The notes under the pieces are model-generated. The model saw nothing but the letters and a program-made list of their open reading frames with translations, did no database searches and had not been told where the DNA came from. Shown in pieces: positions 48,173 through 57,837 of a DNA stretch of 64,000 bases (within the stretch, counting starts at the first letter, position 1; the number at the start of each line of letters is the position of its first letter). The position numbers and the translations under genes were made by a program. The stretch comes from Candidatus Aminicenantes bacterium (GTDB lineage Bacteria > Acidobacteriota > Aminicenantia > S016-38): positions 110,506 through 174,505 of the forward strand of contig JAMOUJ010000003.1 of assembly GCA_027068075.1 (NCBI GenBank). The letters are read 5' to 3'.

Positions 48173-48958
48173 ATGAAGAGACTTCTTGCCCTCGGTTTAG
48201 CCATCCCTATTTTGGGAGCCACCCTCGTATACAGGGGCTCCATGGATAAGGTAATCAAAAACTCCATAATCCTTTCTCCGGATTTCAGCCAACTGGCCTT
48301 CGTGGTGAAGGAGAACAACAAACTCTTTTCCGTGGTCCTCAACGGAAGGGAAGTGGGAAAATACGAGGGAATACTCAGGGGGAGCCTTTTCTTCCTGGGA
48401 AAGAACCTCTTTTTTGTAGCCCTCCAGGATAACAGGTGGAGGGCCTACTGGGGTGATAGGAAAACCGACCCCTACGAAGTAGTCTACCCGGATTCCCTGA
48501 CTTTCAAAGGGGAAAATTTCGCTCTGGTGGGCAGGAGAGGCAACCGGTTCTTCGTGAACATAAGCGGGACGGAATTCGGACCCTTTGAAGGGGTCCTCCG
48601 CAACAGCATAAGGCTGGGAAGGGGATACGCCTTTGCGGTGAAGAGGGGGGACAGGTGGGAATTCATCTTCCACGGAAAATCCCAGGGCACATATCCCCTG
48701 ATCCTGGTCGACACCATCTTGATATCCCCGGACTGGAAGCACTGGACCTTCATCGTGGAGGGAAAACCCCAGGTGCTTTATCTGGACGGGAAACCCGTGG
48801 CGAAATACGATTACTTCCTGAGCGAACATGTGAAGGTGGAAAGGGGAGGAAAATTCTTCCGAACCACCTACGGCCCCAGGATGAAGTTTCAGGGGAAGCA
48901 TCTGGTTTTCTACGGTGTTAAGGGCAACAAAATATATTTTGAAAAAATCCCCCTTTGA
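48173..48958 (+). CDS. Secreted beta-repeat protein
   Basis: Signal peptide, several ~38-aa repeats, and SPD motifs. Confidence 0.7.
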   Translation: MKRLLALGLAIPILGATLVYRGSMDKVIKNSIILSPDFSQLAFVVKENNKLFSVVLNGREVGKYEGILRGSLFFLGKNLFFVALQDNRWRAYWGDRKTDPYEVVYPDSLTFKGENFALVGRRGNRFFVNISGTEFGPFEGVLRNSIRLGRGYAFAVKRGDRWEFIFHGKSQGTYPLILVDTILISPDWKHWTFIVEGKPQVLYLDGKPVAKYDYFLSEHVKVERGGKFFRTTYGPRMKFQGKHLVFYGVKGNKIYFEKIPL

Positions 48959-48990
48959 CACCGGGATTTTCTTCGTGTTAAATTGGATGG

Positions 48991-49725
48991 GTGGAAAACA
49001 AACTTAACAACATATACTTCATCCTGGTGGAACCCCAATATCCGGGTAATGTGGGGGCCGTGGCCAGGGCCATGAATACCATGGGCCTCAGCCACATGAG
49101 GCTGGTAAACCCCCCGGACCTAAACACCGACGAGGCCCGGATGATGGCCTACCAGTCCTATCACCTAATTGAAAATGCGGAGGTGTTTTCCTCGGTAGAC
49201 GAGGCGGTGAAGGACCTCTCCATAGTGGTGGCCGCCACCGCCAGGTTGGGTTCCGAAAGGGGACCCTCCTGGGAACCCAGGGAACTGGCCCGGGAAATTC
49301 TTCCCTTTGCCGAGGAGAACAAAATAGGGATAATGTTCGGAAGGGAAGCCAGCGGTCTCTCCAACGAGGAGATAAGGAGAGCCCACTTCATAACCACCAT
49401 CCCCGCCTACAGAACCTACCCCTCCCTGAACCTCTCCCAGGCGGCCATGCTCTACGCCTACATCATCTACGACACCATGAGGAACCCCCTCCCTTCGGTG
49501 AAGGATAAACTGGCGGATGAAGAAAAATTGGACCTGCTCCACCGCCGCATGCTGGAGGTTATGAAGAGGATGGAGTTCAAGGAGGTCAACCAATCGGACC
49601 ACTTCGCCCGCTCACTGAGGAGGGCCATCGGAAGGACCTACTGGCAGAGGCAGGATGTGGCGGTCTTTCTTAAAATCGTGAAGCAAATAGAGTGGTATCT
49701 GGAAAATAGATGCGGGAAAAAATAA
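48991..49725 (+). CDS. trmJ: TrmJ/LasT family SPOUT RNA methyltransferase
   Basis: GNVGAVARAM, FGRE.SGLSNEE and SLNLSQA motifs. Confidence 0.88.
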   Translation: MENKLNNIYFILVEPQYPGNVGAVARAMNTMGLSHMRLVNPPDLNTDEARMMAYQSYHLIENAEVFSSVDEAVKDLSIVVAATARLGSERGPSWEPRELAREILPFAEENKIGIMFGREASGLSNEEIRRAHFITTIPAYRTYPSLNLSQAAMLYAYIIYDTMRNPLPSVKDKLADEEKLDLLHRRMLEVMKRMEFKEVNQSDHFARSLRRAIGRTYWQRQDVAVFLKIVKQIEWYLENRCGKK

Positions 49726-49749
49726 GGTATAATCTTCAGGGAGGTGTAC

Positions 49750-50025
49750 ATGAAAAAGGAGGACCTGGTCAGGCTTGTAAGCGAGAAAACCGGGATTTCC
49801 CGGAGAAAAGCCCTGGGGATTATCAACTCCTTCATTGAAGCGCTGAGGGAAGGCCTGGAAAAGGACGGCAAGGTGGTGCTGGTGGGCTTCGGCACCTTTG
49901 AAGTAAGGACGAGGAAGGCCCGCCAGGGAATGAACCCCAGGACAGGCCAGCCCATCCACATCCCCTCAAGAAAATACATAAAGTTCAAACCGGGAAAGGC
50001 CCTGAAGGACAGGCTCAAAAAATAA
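49750..50025 (+). CDS. HU family DNA-binding protein
   Basis: GFGTF, RKARQGMNPRTG and FKPGK motifs. Confidence 0.95.
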   Translation: MKKEDLVRLVSEKTGISRRKALGIINSFIEALREGLEKDGKVVLVGFGTFEVRTRKARQGMNPRTGQPIHIPSRKYIKFKPGKALKDRLKK

Positions 50026-50029
50026 CTTC

Positions 50030-50115
50030 GCCGGGGTGGCGGAACAGGCAGACGCAGGGGACTTAAAATCCCCTGGACTTTGTCCGTGCGGGTTCGAGTC
50101 CCGCCCCCGGCACCA
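50030..50115 (+). tRNA. tRNA-Leu (anticodon TAA)
   Basis: Acceptor stem GCCGGGG/CCCCGGC, anticodon arm GGGGA-CTTAAAA-TCCCC, long variable arm, GGTTCGAGTCC, encoded CCA. Confidence 0.96.
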
Positions 50116-50116
50116 T

Positions 50117-50140
50117 CTGTCCTAAAAAGGGGACAGTTTT
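50117..50140 (+). terminator. Weak candidate terminator after tRNA-Leu
   Basis: CTGTCC-N8-GGACAG followed by TTTT. Confidence 0.45.
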
Positions 50141-50221
50141 CACCTCCGGCGCTCAAAACAGGGACCTTTTTCTGGCAAGGTTTTTGCAATAAATCCTGTA
50201 GAACAAACAAGGAGGGCCGCG

Positions 50222-50890
50222 ATGAAATACAAACTGGCTTTGGTTTTGCTTCTGGTGGGACTGCTTACGGCGGGTTCCATCAGTTTCATGGGGGGAAGGT
50301 TTTATCCCAACACATCCAGCGACATCTGGGATGTGAACTTCCAGAACCTCATATTAAATCAGGAAAACTTCCAGTCCAATCTGGGATATCTGGAATGGGA
50401 ATGGGGAAGGAGGAATACCACCTTCTTTGCCGGGGCATCCCTCAGCGGGAGGAAGGTAATCTATACGGAATACAGGGATTATGTCTGGTCCGACGGGACT
50501 CCCATACAGCAGACGGTTTACTTCAAGGACGCCCCCACATACCTGGGGATAAGGTTCTACCCCATTCCCGTCTACAGAAGGGGTGTACTCCCCTTCGTAG
50601 GAGCAGGGATAGCCTTCGTCTCCTGGGAATGGTCCCAGACCGGAGACTTCATTGATTTTTCCGACCCCTACCTCCCCATTTATTACGGGGAATTCTACCG
50701 CCGGGACTCCTCCCTGGGATTGTTCATAAACGCCGGGGTGGTGGCGAAAATGAGCAGAAACATGGGATTCCGGATAATGGGTTTCTACACCTGGGCCCAC
50801 GGCAACCTGGAACCCACCTTCCTGGGATTTGAACCCATAGACCTCTCCGGCTTTACCGTCCTGGCCGGAATTTCCGTGTTTATGCGCTGA
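50222..50890 (+). CDS. Outer-membrane beta-barrel protein (8-stranded type, putative)
   Basis: Signal peptide and alternating aromatic/Gly strands (PFVGAG, DLSGFTVLAGISVF). Confidence 0.7.
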   Translation: MKYKLALVLLLVGLLTAGSISFMGGRFYPNTSSDIWDVNFQNLILNQENFQSNLGYLEWEWGRRNTTFFAGASLSGRKVIYTEYRDYVWSDGTPIQQTVYFKDAPTYLGIRFYPIPVYRRGVLPFVGAGIAFVSWEWSQTGDFIDFSDPYLPIYYGEFYRRDSSLGLFINAGVVAKMSRNMGFRIMGFYTWAHGNLEPTFLGFEPIDLSGFTVLAGISVFMR

Positions 50891-50894
50891 AAAA

Positions 50895-52136
50895 CTATTC
50901 CAGGGCTTTACCGGCCATTATGTAGGCAAAGACCTGGGCATCTCCTATGATGTTCTTCATCCAGGCGTATTCGTTGGGGGAGTGCATGGTCTCGTCCATG
51001 GTGGCCCACACGGCGGCGTAAAACCCCGCCTCCCTGAAGTGGGCGGCCACGGTGCCTCCCCCTATGCCTATGGCCCTGGCCTCAAGGTTCCGGAGGTCCT
51101 TCACCGCCTTTTTAATGGCCACCACCACCGGAGCGTCCGCCGGAGTGGGAGGGGCAGCCTCTGCCTCCTGGGGATAGGAAATCTCCACCTTTACGCCGAA
51201 ATCGGATTCCACTCCGGAGGCTATTTCCCGGACCTTCTCCTTGATATCCTTGAGGGGATAGGTAGGCATAATCCTGCAATCAAAATAGAACACATCCTCC
51301 CCCGGGATGGTGTTTATGTTGGGAACATTGGCCTCCTTCTTGGTGGGCTCAAAGGTGGAGATGGGGGGTTCAAACAGGGGGTCCCGGGCAGGGAAGATCT
51401 CGTAGAGTTTTTCAAGCCTGACTATAAGGTTGGCTCCGGCCTTGTGGGCGTTTATCCCCCTCTCCGGGGTAGAACCGTGGGTCTGCTTTCCCTTCACCAC
51501 GAACTTCATCCACAGTATGCCCTTCTCCGCCACCTCTATCTCCGTCCCGTCGGGGTTCCCTCCATCGGGCACTATTATAAGGTCGTCCTTTGAAAATATG
51601 TCCCTTCTGTGGGAAAGGACATATTTTATCCCGTAGTCGCTGCCGGTCTCCTCGTCGGAAACGAACACCAGGCCCACATCGTAGTAGGGAATTTCCCCCT
51701 CCATGGCGAAGGCTTGAAGGGCCAGTATGGAAGCCACCATGTCCTGTTGATTGTCCTCCACGCCCCGGCCGTAGATTCTGCCCTCTTCGTCCATCCAGAC
51801 CTTCCAGGGGTCCGACTTCCAGAGGGAAAGGTCCCCGGGAGGGACCACATCCATGTGGGTCATGATCCAGATGCGCCGCTGGTGGTTTTTTCCGGGATAA
51901 ATTCCGATTATATTGGGCCTTAACCCGGAGGAAACTCTGTTGTCCTTGGCATTCACCTCAATTATTTCTGTAACCCCTATTTCAAGGAGTTTGTTCTTCA
52001 AAAACTGGGCCTTCTCCCACTCGCCGTCGCCTCCGTTTTCAGGACCCAGGGCCCTGAAGGCGGTAAGTTTTTTCTCCAGTTCAAAGGCCTCTTCCTTCAA
52101 ACTCTCTATGCGGGAAAGAATGGAATCAACGGACAT
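50895..52136 (-). CDS. M20 family metallohydrolase (DapE-like)
   Basis: HMDVVP, GRGVEDN, DEETGS and HSPNE motifs. Confidence 0.92.
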   Translation of the reverse strand: MSVDSILSRIESLKEEAFELEKKLTAFRALGPENGGDGEWEKAQFLKNKLLEIGVTEIIEVNAKDNRVSSGLRPNIIGIYPGKNHQRRIWIMTHMDVVPPGDLSLWKSDPWKVWMDEEGRIYGRGVEDNQQDMVASILALQAFAMEGEIPYYDVGLVFVSDEETGSDYGIKYVLSHRRDIFSKDDLIIVPDGGNPDGTEIEVAEKGILWMKFVVKGKQTHGSTPERGINAHKAGANLIVRLEKLYEIFPARDPLFEPPISTFEPTKKEANVPNINTIPGEDVFYFDCRIMPTYPLKDIKEKVREIASGVESDFGVKVEISYPQEAEAAPPTPADAPVVVAIKKAVKDLRNLEARAIGIGGGTVAAHFREAGFYAAVWATMDETMHSPNEYAWMKNIIGDAQVFAYIMAGKALE

Positions 52137-52207
52137 AGAAACCTCCTTCTTTGAAAATTTACGATGGGGTAAAATTTTACTACACCGACATGCGGAGGTA
52201 AACAAAA

Positions 52208-53275
52208 ATGAGATTGGGAATACTCACCGGAGGAGGGGATTGCCCTGGCCTCAACGCAGTGATTAGGGCCGTGGTGAAAACCGCCGTAATGGACTACGGC
52301 TTTGAGGTAGTGGGGTTTCTGGACGGGTTCAAGGGGGTGGTGGAGGACATGGCGAAAAACCTTACCCTGGAAGATGTAAGCGGAATCCTTCCCAGGGGCG
52401 GAACCATCCTGGGAACTTCCAACCGGGATAACCCCTTCAAGTACAGAACCCCAGAAGGTGTAAAGGACCGGTCGGAGGAGGCTCTGAACAACCTTTCCCG
52501 CCGGGGTATAGACCTTCTCATAACCGTGGGAGGCGACGGAACCCAGGCCATAGCCCTGAAGTTTGCGGAAAAGGGGGTAAAAATAATAGGGATTCCTAAA
52601 ACCATAGACAACGATCTTGGGGGAACGGACCAGACCTTCGGCTTTGACACCGCCCGGACGGTGGCCACCGAAGCGGTGGACAGACTTCACTCCACCGCTG
52701 AAAGCCACCACCGAATCATGGTCCTGGAGGTCATGGGGAGGGACGCCGGATGGATTGCCCTCCATGCGGGATTGGCCGGAGGAGCCGATGTAATTCTCAT
52801 CCCTGAGATAGACTTCTCCCTGGAGAGGGCCGCCGAAGCCATCCGGAGAAGGGAAAAAATGGGAAAAAGGTTCAGCATCGTGGTGGTGGCGGAGGGGGCT
52901 AAGATAGACGGGAAAAAGGTTTACCTCATGAAGGTGGACGACCCGACACAATCCATGAGGCTGGGGGGAGTGGGAAGGGTAGTGGCCACCACCCTTCAGG
53001 AGATGGTGGACCTGGAGGCCAGATACACCATCCTGGGCCACCTTCAGCGGGGGGGAAGCCCCACGCCCTTTGACAGAATCCTGGCCACCAGATACGGATA
53101 CCACGCCGTGAAGGCGGCGGCCTCCGGGGAAAGCGAAAAACTGGTGGCCCTGCGGGGCAAGGACATCGTCCTGGTTCCACTGGAGGAAGCCGTGGAAAAT
53201 CCCAAAAGGGTCAAACCCGACGACGAACTAGTCCTGGCGGCCAAGGCCATAGGAGTGAGTTTCGGGGACCTGTAG
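52208..53275 (+). CDS. pfkA: 6-phosphofructokinase (group III type; GGDG + PKTIDND)
   Basis: TGGGDCPG, GGDG, PKTIDND, EVMGR and GHLQRGG motifs. Confidence 0.93.
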   Translation: MRLGILTGGGDCPGLNAVIRAVVKTAVMDYGFEVVGFLDGFKGVVEDMAKNLTLEDVSGILPRGGTILGTSNRDNPFKYRTPEGVKDRSEEALNNLSRRGIDLLITVGGDGTQAIALKFAEKGVKIIGIPKTIDNDLGGTDQTFGFDTARTVATEAVDRLHSTAESHHRIMVLEVMGRDAGWIALHAGLAGGADVILIPEIDFSLERAAEAIRRREKMGKRFSIVVVAEGAKIDGKKVYLMKVDDPTQSMRLGGVGRVVATTLQEMVDLEARYTILGHLQRGGSPTPFDRILATRYGYHAVKAAASGESEKLVALRGKDIVLVPLEEAVENPKRVKPDDELVLAAKAIGVSFGDL

Positions 53276-54628
53276 TTATTTTTTGAAGAACTTGAACAGT
53301 CCCTTCCTTTTTTCCCCTTCCAGGAGTTTTTTCAGTTTAAGGGCCGTGGGATGCTCGGGATCCAGGGCCAGGGCCTTGTTTACGAAACTCAGGGCCTTGG
53401 TCTTAAGTCCCCTCTGGGCATACATGTTGGCAAGAATTATCATGGGTTTGGGATCCCATGGCTGGCGGTTAGCGTAGGCCAGGAGAACCTCCTCCGCCTC
53501 CTTTTCGCTTCCCGGAAGTTTGGACAGGGCCACCCCCTTCCAGAACATGTAGTTGGGATTGTCGGGCTCCATTTGGAAGGCAAGGTTAAAGAGGTAGGCG
53601 GCCTCCTTGTATTTTTTTCGGTTGTACATGGCCTTGCCCTCTTTAAACCGGGTCTCCGGCGAAATGTACTCCCTCTCTTTGAGGGGCTTTTCCTGGACCA
53701 GGGTTTTTAGATACTCCTCCCTCCTCTTGGGGTCCGAAAGAACCTCGTAGGCGGAGTTGATCTCCCTGAAGACCCTGGAGGCCATCTCCTGAATTTCCTT
53801 GTCTTCCTTGTTGAAGCGGTCGGGGTGGAATTTTTTAGAAAGGCGAAAATAGGCGCTTTTTATCTCATCGGTGGAGGCCTTCTTATCCACCCCCAGGAGT
53901 TCCCAGTGGTCCACGAACCCAATTTTGGAATGGAATTCTCTGAGTTCCTCCACCAGGTCCGAGGCCTTTCGGGTCTTTATAAAACCCAGGGCATATAGGG
54001 TAAACAGCATGCGCAGGAACTTCCCCTCGGGAAGGTTGAGATCCGCAGGCTTAGGAGGAGTGCCGGCTCCTATGATCTTCAGAAGCCTCAGTTCCTTCTC
54101 GCTCAGGAGTTTCTCCAGTTCCCTGGGATACTGGGAGGAGACTTCCAGTTCGGCGCTTAGGAGGTGGCTGGCCGGGCTGGCGTCTTCAATCCTCCTGAGG
54201 CCCTCCACCACCAGGGGAACTAAAGGGAGATCCGCATTAAAGGCCTTGTTGGGGTTTTCCCGGTTGGACTCCCACCGGTACTCCACATGGAAGAGTTTTA
54301 AGGATGCTATAAAAATCTCCTTAGTCTGATGGACCAGTATGTCGTTGAGGATTCTCTCGTCCAGAAAACCAAGTTCCACCAGCCGTTTGCCTATTCTGGA
54401 TTGATACTCCGTCTGGAGAAGTTTTTCAATGTCGTTCTGGAGGTGAATTCCGAAGATCTTTACGAAGGCTCCAAACCTTTCCTCCGTGGAGTTGGATACC
54501 GAATATACCAGACGGGAATTGAAGAAATAATGCTCCCGCCTTATGTTGTCCTTGTCAACGATGAGCCTCCCCGTCTTGGAGGTATTGAAAAACTTTCTTA
54601 GAAAAAGGGATATATTTTCAATTTTCAT
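53276..54628 (-). CDS. DUF4388/PatA_N-like + J-domain + TPR protein
   Basis: Central J domain with intact HPD and AYEVLSDP, C-terminal TPRs, and an N-terminal TG.L...G..L..LG pattern. Confidence 0.82.
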   Translation of the reverse strand: MKIENISLFLRKFFNTSKTGRLIVDKDNIRREHYFFNSRLVYSVSNSTEERFGAFVKIFGIHLQNDIEKLLQTEYQSRIGKRLVELGFLDERILNDILVHQTKEIFIASLKLFHVEYRWESNRENPNKAFNADLPLVPLVVEGLRRIEDASPASHLLSAELEVSSQYPRELEKLLSEKELRLLKIIGAGTPPKPADLNLPEGKFLRMLFTLYALGFIKTRKASDLVEELREFHSKIGFVDHWELLGVDKKASTDEIKSAYFRLSKKFHPDRFNKEDKEIQEMASRVFREINSAYEVLSDPKRREEYLKTLVQEKPLKEREYISPETRFKEGKAMYNRKKYKEAAYLFNLAFQMEPDNPNYMFWKGVALSKLPGSEKEAEEVLLAYANRQPWDPKPMIILANMYAQRGLKTKALSFVNKALALDPEHPTALKLKKLLEGEKRKGLFKFFKK

Positions 54629-54645
54629 TGCCAAAAATAAAAAAC

Positions 54646-54737
54646 TGGCGGAGGGAGAGGGATTCGAACCCCCGTCCCGGCTCCCGCCGGGAAGCGGTTT
54701 TCAAGACCGCCGCCTTAAACCACTCGGCCATCCCTCC
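54646..54737 (-). tRNA. tRNA-Ser (anticodon TGA)
   Basis: GGAGGGA acceptor, anticodon arm GCGGT-CTTGAAA-ACCGC, long variable arm, GGTTCGAATCC, GCCA end. Confidence 0.96.
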
Positions 54738-54748
54738 TGGGGGATATT

Positions 54749-56029
54749 TTACCACCTTCCTCCTATAAGGGTCATCCCCCCCATGTAAGGCCGGAGGGCC
54801 TCCGGAACGGTTATGGTTCCGTCCGGATTCTGGTAGTTCTCCATGATGGCCGCCACGGTCCTTCCCACGGCCAGGCCCGAACCGTTGAGGGTGTGGAGGA
54901 ACTCCACCTTCCTGGAGTCCTTCCTCCTGAATTTCAGATTGGCCCTTCTGGCCTGAAAGGCTTCAAAATTGGAGCAGGAGGAAATCTCCACATACCTGCC
55001 GTAACTGGGCATCCAGACCTCTATGTCGTAGGTCTTGGCTGCGGAAAAACCCAGGTCTCCAGTGCAAAGGGCCACCACCCGGTAGGGAAGGTCCAGTCTC
55101 CTGAGAACCTCCTCGGCATCGCCGGTGAGTTTCTCCAGAATTTCGTAAGAATCCTCGGGCCTGGAATAGACCATGAGTTCCACCTTGTTGAACTGGTGGA
55201 GCCTGATGAGTCCCCGGGTATCTCGGCCTGCGGCCCCGGCCTCGGCCCTGAAACACGGGGTGTAGGACACCAGTTTAATGGGAAGTTCGTCCTCCTCAAG
55301 AATCTCGTCCCTATGAATGTTGGTCAGAGGGACTTCGGCGGTGGGGATAAGATACCACGGCCTTCCTTCTATCTTAAAAAGGTCCTGTTCAAATTTGGGG
55401 AGATTTCCCGTCCCCACCAGGGAATCCCGATGGGCTATAAAGGGGGGAAGAACCTCCAGGTAACCCCGGGAGGTGTGGAGGTCTATCATGAAGGCCACCA
55501 GGGCCCTTTCCAGGGCCGCCAGGGGACCGTAACTCATGGCAAAACGGGCGCCCACTATTTTGGCGGCCCTTTTGAAGTCCAGGAGTCCCAAACGGGTACC
55601 CAGTTCCCAGTGGGGAAGAGGCTGAAACTCAAAATCCCTGGGGGAACCCCAGCGGCGAACCTCCACATTGTCACCTTCGTCCCTGCCCACGGGCACCGTC
55701 TCGTGGGGAATGTTGGGGATGGTGAGCATGAACTCGTGAAGTTCCGCCTCCACCCTCCGGAGTTCTTCCTCCAGGGCCTTTATCCTCTCGCCTATAGCCC
55801 TGGTGGCTTCCCGCAGGGCCTGGTCCTCCTTCCCCTGGGCCTTCAGCCGGCCGTATTCCCTGGACTTTTCCTTTCTCTCCCTTCGGAGTTGGTCCAATTC
55901 CCTTTGTATGGACCTCCTCCTCCTGTCCAGGTCCAGAAAGACCTTTACATCTATGTCGTCGTAGCCCCTTTCCTTCAGCCTTCGCTGAACGAAATCGGGC
56001 TGCTTCCTCAGAAGTTCCCGGTCTATCAT
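54749..56029 (-). CDS. serS: Serine--tRNA ligase
   Basis: N-terminal coiled coil, PTAEVP, FRAEAG, HQFNKVE, EISSCSN and TLNGSG. Confidence 0.97.
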   Translation of the reverse strand: MIDRELLRKQPDFVQRRLKERGYDDIDVKVFLDLDRRRRSIQRELDQLRRERKEKSREYGRLKAQGKEDQALREATRAIGERIKALEEELRRVEAELHEFMLTIPNIPHETVPVGRDEGDNVEVRRWGSPRDFEFQPLPHWELGTRLGLLDFKRAAKIVGARFAMSYGPLAALERALVAFMIDLHTSRGYLEVLPPFIAHRDSLVGTGNLPKFEQDLFKIEGRPWYLIPTAEVPLTNIHRDEILEEDELPIKLVSYTPCFRAEAGAAGRDTRGLIRLHQFNKVELMVYSRPEDSYEILEKLTGDAEEVLRRLDLPYRVVALCTGDLGFSAAKTYDIEVWMPSYGRYVEISSCSNFEAFQARRANLKFRRKDSRKVEFLHTLNGSGLAVGRTVAAIMENYQNPDGTITVPEALRPYMGGMTLIGGRW

Positions 56030-56036
56030 CTACAGG

Positions 56037-57755
56037 TCAGGAACCAAGGCTCTCCAGGGCCTTTTTCTTGGCGGCCTTCTTCTCCATGATTTTCTTGTAA
56101 ATTTCCATCTCTTTCTTGGCCAGGTTGAGATAGTACTTCTTCTTGGCGGGATAAGCCTTGGCGAATTCCCTGTAGATGAGGTTCTTGTAAACATGGGCTT
56201 CGGCGTAGTCGGGATTGAGTTCCAGAGCCCTGTCCAGGGCCTTAAGCCCCTTCTTCAGGGTGGCAACCCTATCCTTAAGGCTCATAACCCGGCGAATATT
56301 GTAACTTTTAGCCCAGCAAACCACCGCCATGTAATAATAGGCCTTTTCCTTGTTGGAACTCAGATAAAGGAGTTTAACGGCCTTCTGCCATGCGGGGTCG
56401 TCGGAGAGTTTCATTAACTGGTCCCTCTCGGCATCGCTCATGGTGCCCTTGAACCTCAGGACCTTGGCCTGGGCATCGTATTCAATTTTATCGGAAAGTT
56501 CCGGAGGAAATTCAATCCCTTCGGGGAGTTTCTCCAGGGGAACCTCCGCTATCTTCACCCCGTTCTCTACCTTGGGTTCGGGGATTAGTTCCAGCCTCTT
56601 CTCGTGGGCGGCGATGGATTTGTTCATGAGGGCTATGGCCTTGTCAAATATCTCCTTTTTGCTCTCCTTGGGAAGTTTCCCCACCTGGTTGGAGTAGAAA
56701 TTGGCCAGGTAGAGGTAGCCGTCGGGGTCCGTGGGGTCAAGTTCAATTCTCTTCTTGTAGTATTCCTCGGCCTTGTCGTATTTCCCGTACTTGTTGTAGA
56801 ACTCCGCCAGAATGTAGTAATACTGAGGGTTGGTGGGCTTCTCGCCGAAGAACATCAGGTAGTATTTCTCGGCATTCTTGAAGTCCCCTATTCTATCGTA
56901 TATCTCCGCCAGGGCCTGGATAGCCTTCTTCTTCTCCTTCTCGTCCTTAACATGGTTCATGTAATAGGTGTAGTGTTTTATGGCCCCCAAGATCCTCAGC
57001 CTGTTTTCAATGTATTTCAGAGCAAAGCCCACATCCTCCCTCTTCACCTCTGGAGGGGCCTCTTCCTTCTGGGCCTCCTCGGCCTTTTCCTGGGCCTGTT
57101 CTGCCTTTTTCTCCTTCTTTACCTTCTTTACCTTTTTGGCCTTCTTGCCCTTGGCGGCCTTCTTCTCCTCCTCGGCGGCCTTCTGGGCTTCTTCCTCCAT
57201 CTTCTTCTTGTATTCTTCAAATTCCGCCTTCAGTTTTGGCAGCATTTCATCAAACTTCTGGTTGAAGTAATCCACCAGTTCGTCAGGGCTCAGTTTCTTT
57301 CCGATTATTCTCGTATCGGTTTTGTATATGGAGTCGGTGCTTATATCCTTTCCCCTGAGGGGCTCATACCACTCCGCCTTGAGAAGATAATAGGCCGCCC
57401 TCAGTTTGTCCTCGGTGTCAAGTTTGGCCAAAAATTCCACGAATTCCCTGTCCAGGCCTTTTTTGAGCCCCAGGGCTATAACGGATTTCTCTGCCCTTTT
57501 TCTAAAGGACTCGTTGTCCAGCGCCTGACGGTAAAGACTCTGATAGGAGGTGGCCAGGAAAAAATGGGCCGGCAGAAGGTCCGGATTGTATTTAAGGGCT
57601 TTTTCATACTCTATGGCTGCCTTTTTGAAGTCCTTTTGCATAAAATACTGATTGGCCCTCTTAAAGTGATCCTTCCACTTGAGTTCCCGGCATCCCGGAA
57701 GGATCAACATAAGGACCGCTCCCAAAATCAATAAGATGTTCAGCCTTTTCTTCAT
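56037..57755 (-). CDS. TPR lipoprotein with K/E/A-rich linker
   Basis: Lipobox LPGC, several TPRs, GGAGG before the ATG at 57755, and upstream TTGACA-17-TATATT. Confidence 0.85.
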   Translation of the reverse strand: MKKRLNILLILGAVLMLILPGCRELKWKDHFKRANQYFMQKDFKKAAIEYEKALKYNPDLLPAHFFLATSYQSLYRQALDNESFRKRAEKSVIALGLKKGLDREFVEFLAKLDTEDKLRAAYYLLKAEWYEPLRGKDISTDSIYKTDTRIIGKKLSPDELVDYFNQKFDEMLPKLKAEFEEYKKKMEEEAQKAAEEEKKAAKGKKAKKVKKVKKEKKAEQAQEKAEEAQKEEAPPEVKREDVGFALKYIENRLRILGAIKHYTYYMNHVKDEKEKKKAIQALAEIYDRIGDFKNAEKYYLMFFGEKPTNPQYYYILAEFYNKYGKYDKAEEYYKKRIELDPTDPDGYLYLANFYSNQVGKLPKESKKEIFDKAIALMNKSIAAHEKRLELIPEPKVENGVKIAEVPLEKLPEGIEFPPELSDKIEYDAQAKVLRFKGTMSDAERDQLMKLSDDPAWQKAVKLLYLSSNKEKAYYYMAVVCWAKSYNIRRVMSLKDRVATLKKGLKALDRALELNPDYAEAHVYKNLIYREFAKAYPAKKKYYLNLAKKEMEIYKKIMEKKAAKKKALESLGS

Positions 57756-57837
57756 TGTCTTACCTCCTGCAATTCTCAAGTTTAAATATAAAAGGAATTT
57801 CCTCCCTTGTCAACCTGGTTGTGGTAGAATATTTCCC

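Noticed and set aside
54646-54737. Possible selenocysteine or opal-suppressor tRNA
   Set aside because: The anticodon is TGA, which reads UCA (Ser), not TCA. The acceptor stem is a normal 7 bp, and the hydrogenase has Cys at its L2 motif.
50030-54737. Genomic island between the two tRNA genes
   Set aside because: No integrase, no duplicated tRNA 3' end, housekeeping gene content and similar composition.
57679-57837. ORF-track N-terminal extensions of PBP1A and the TPR lipoprotein that overlap head-to-head
   Set aside because: Downstream ATGs (57838 and 57755) with matching promoter elements remove the overlap.
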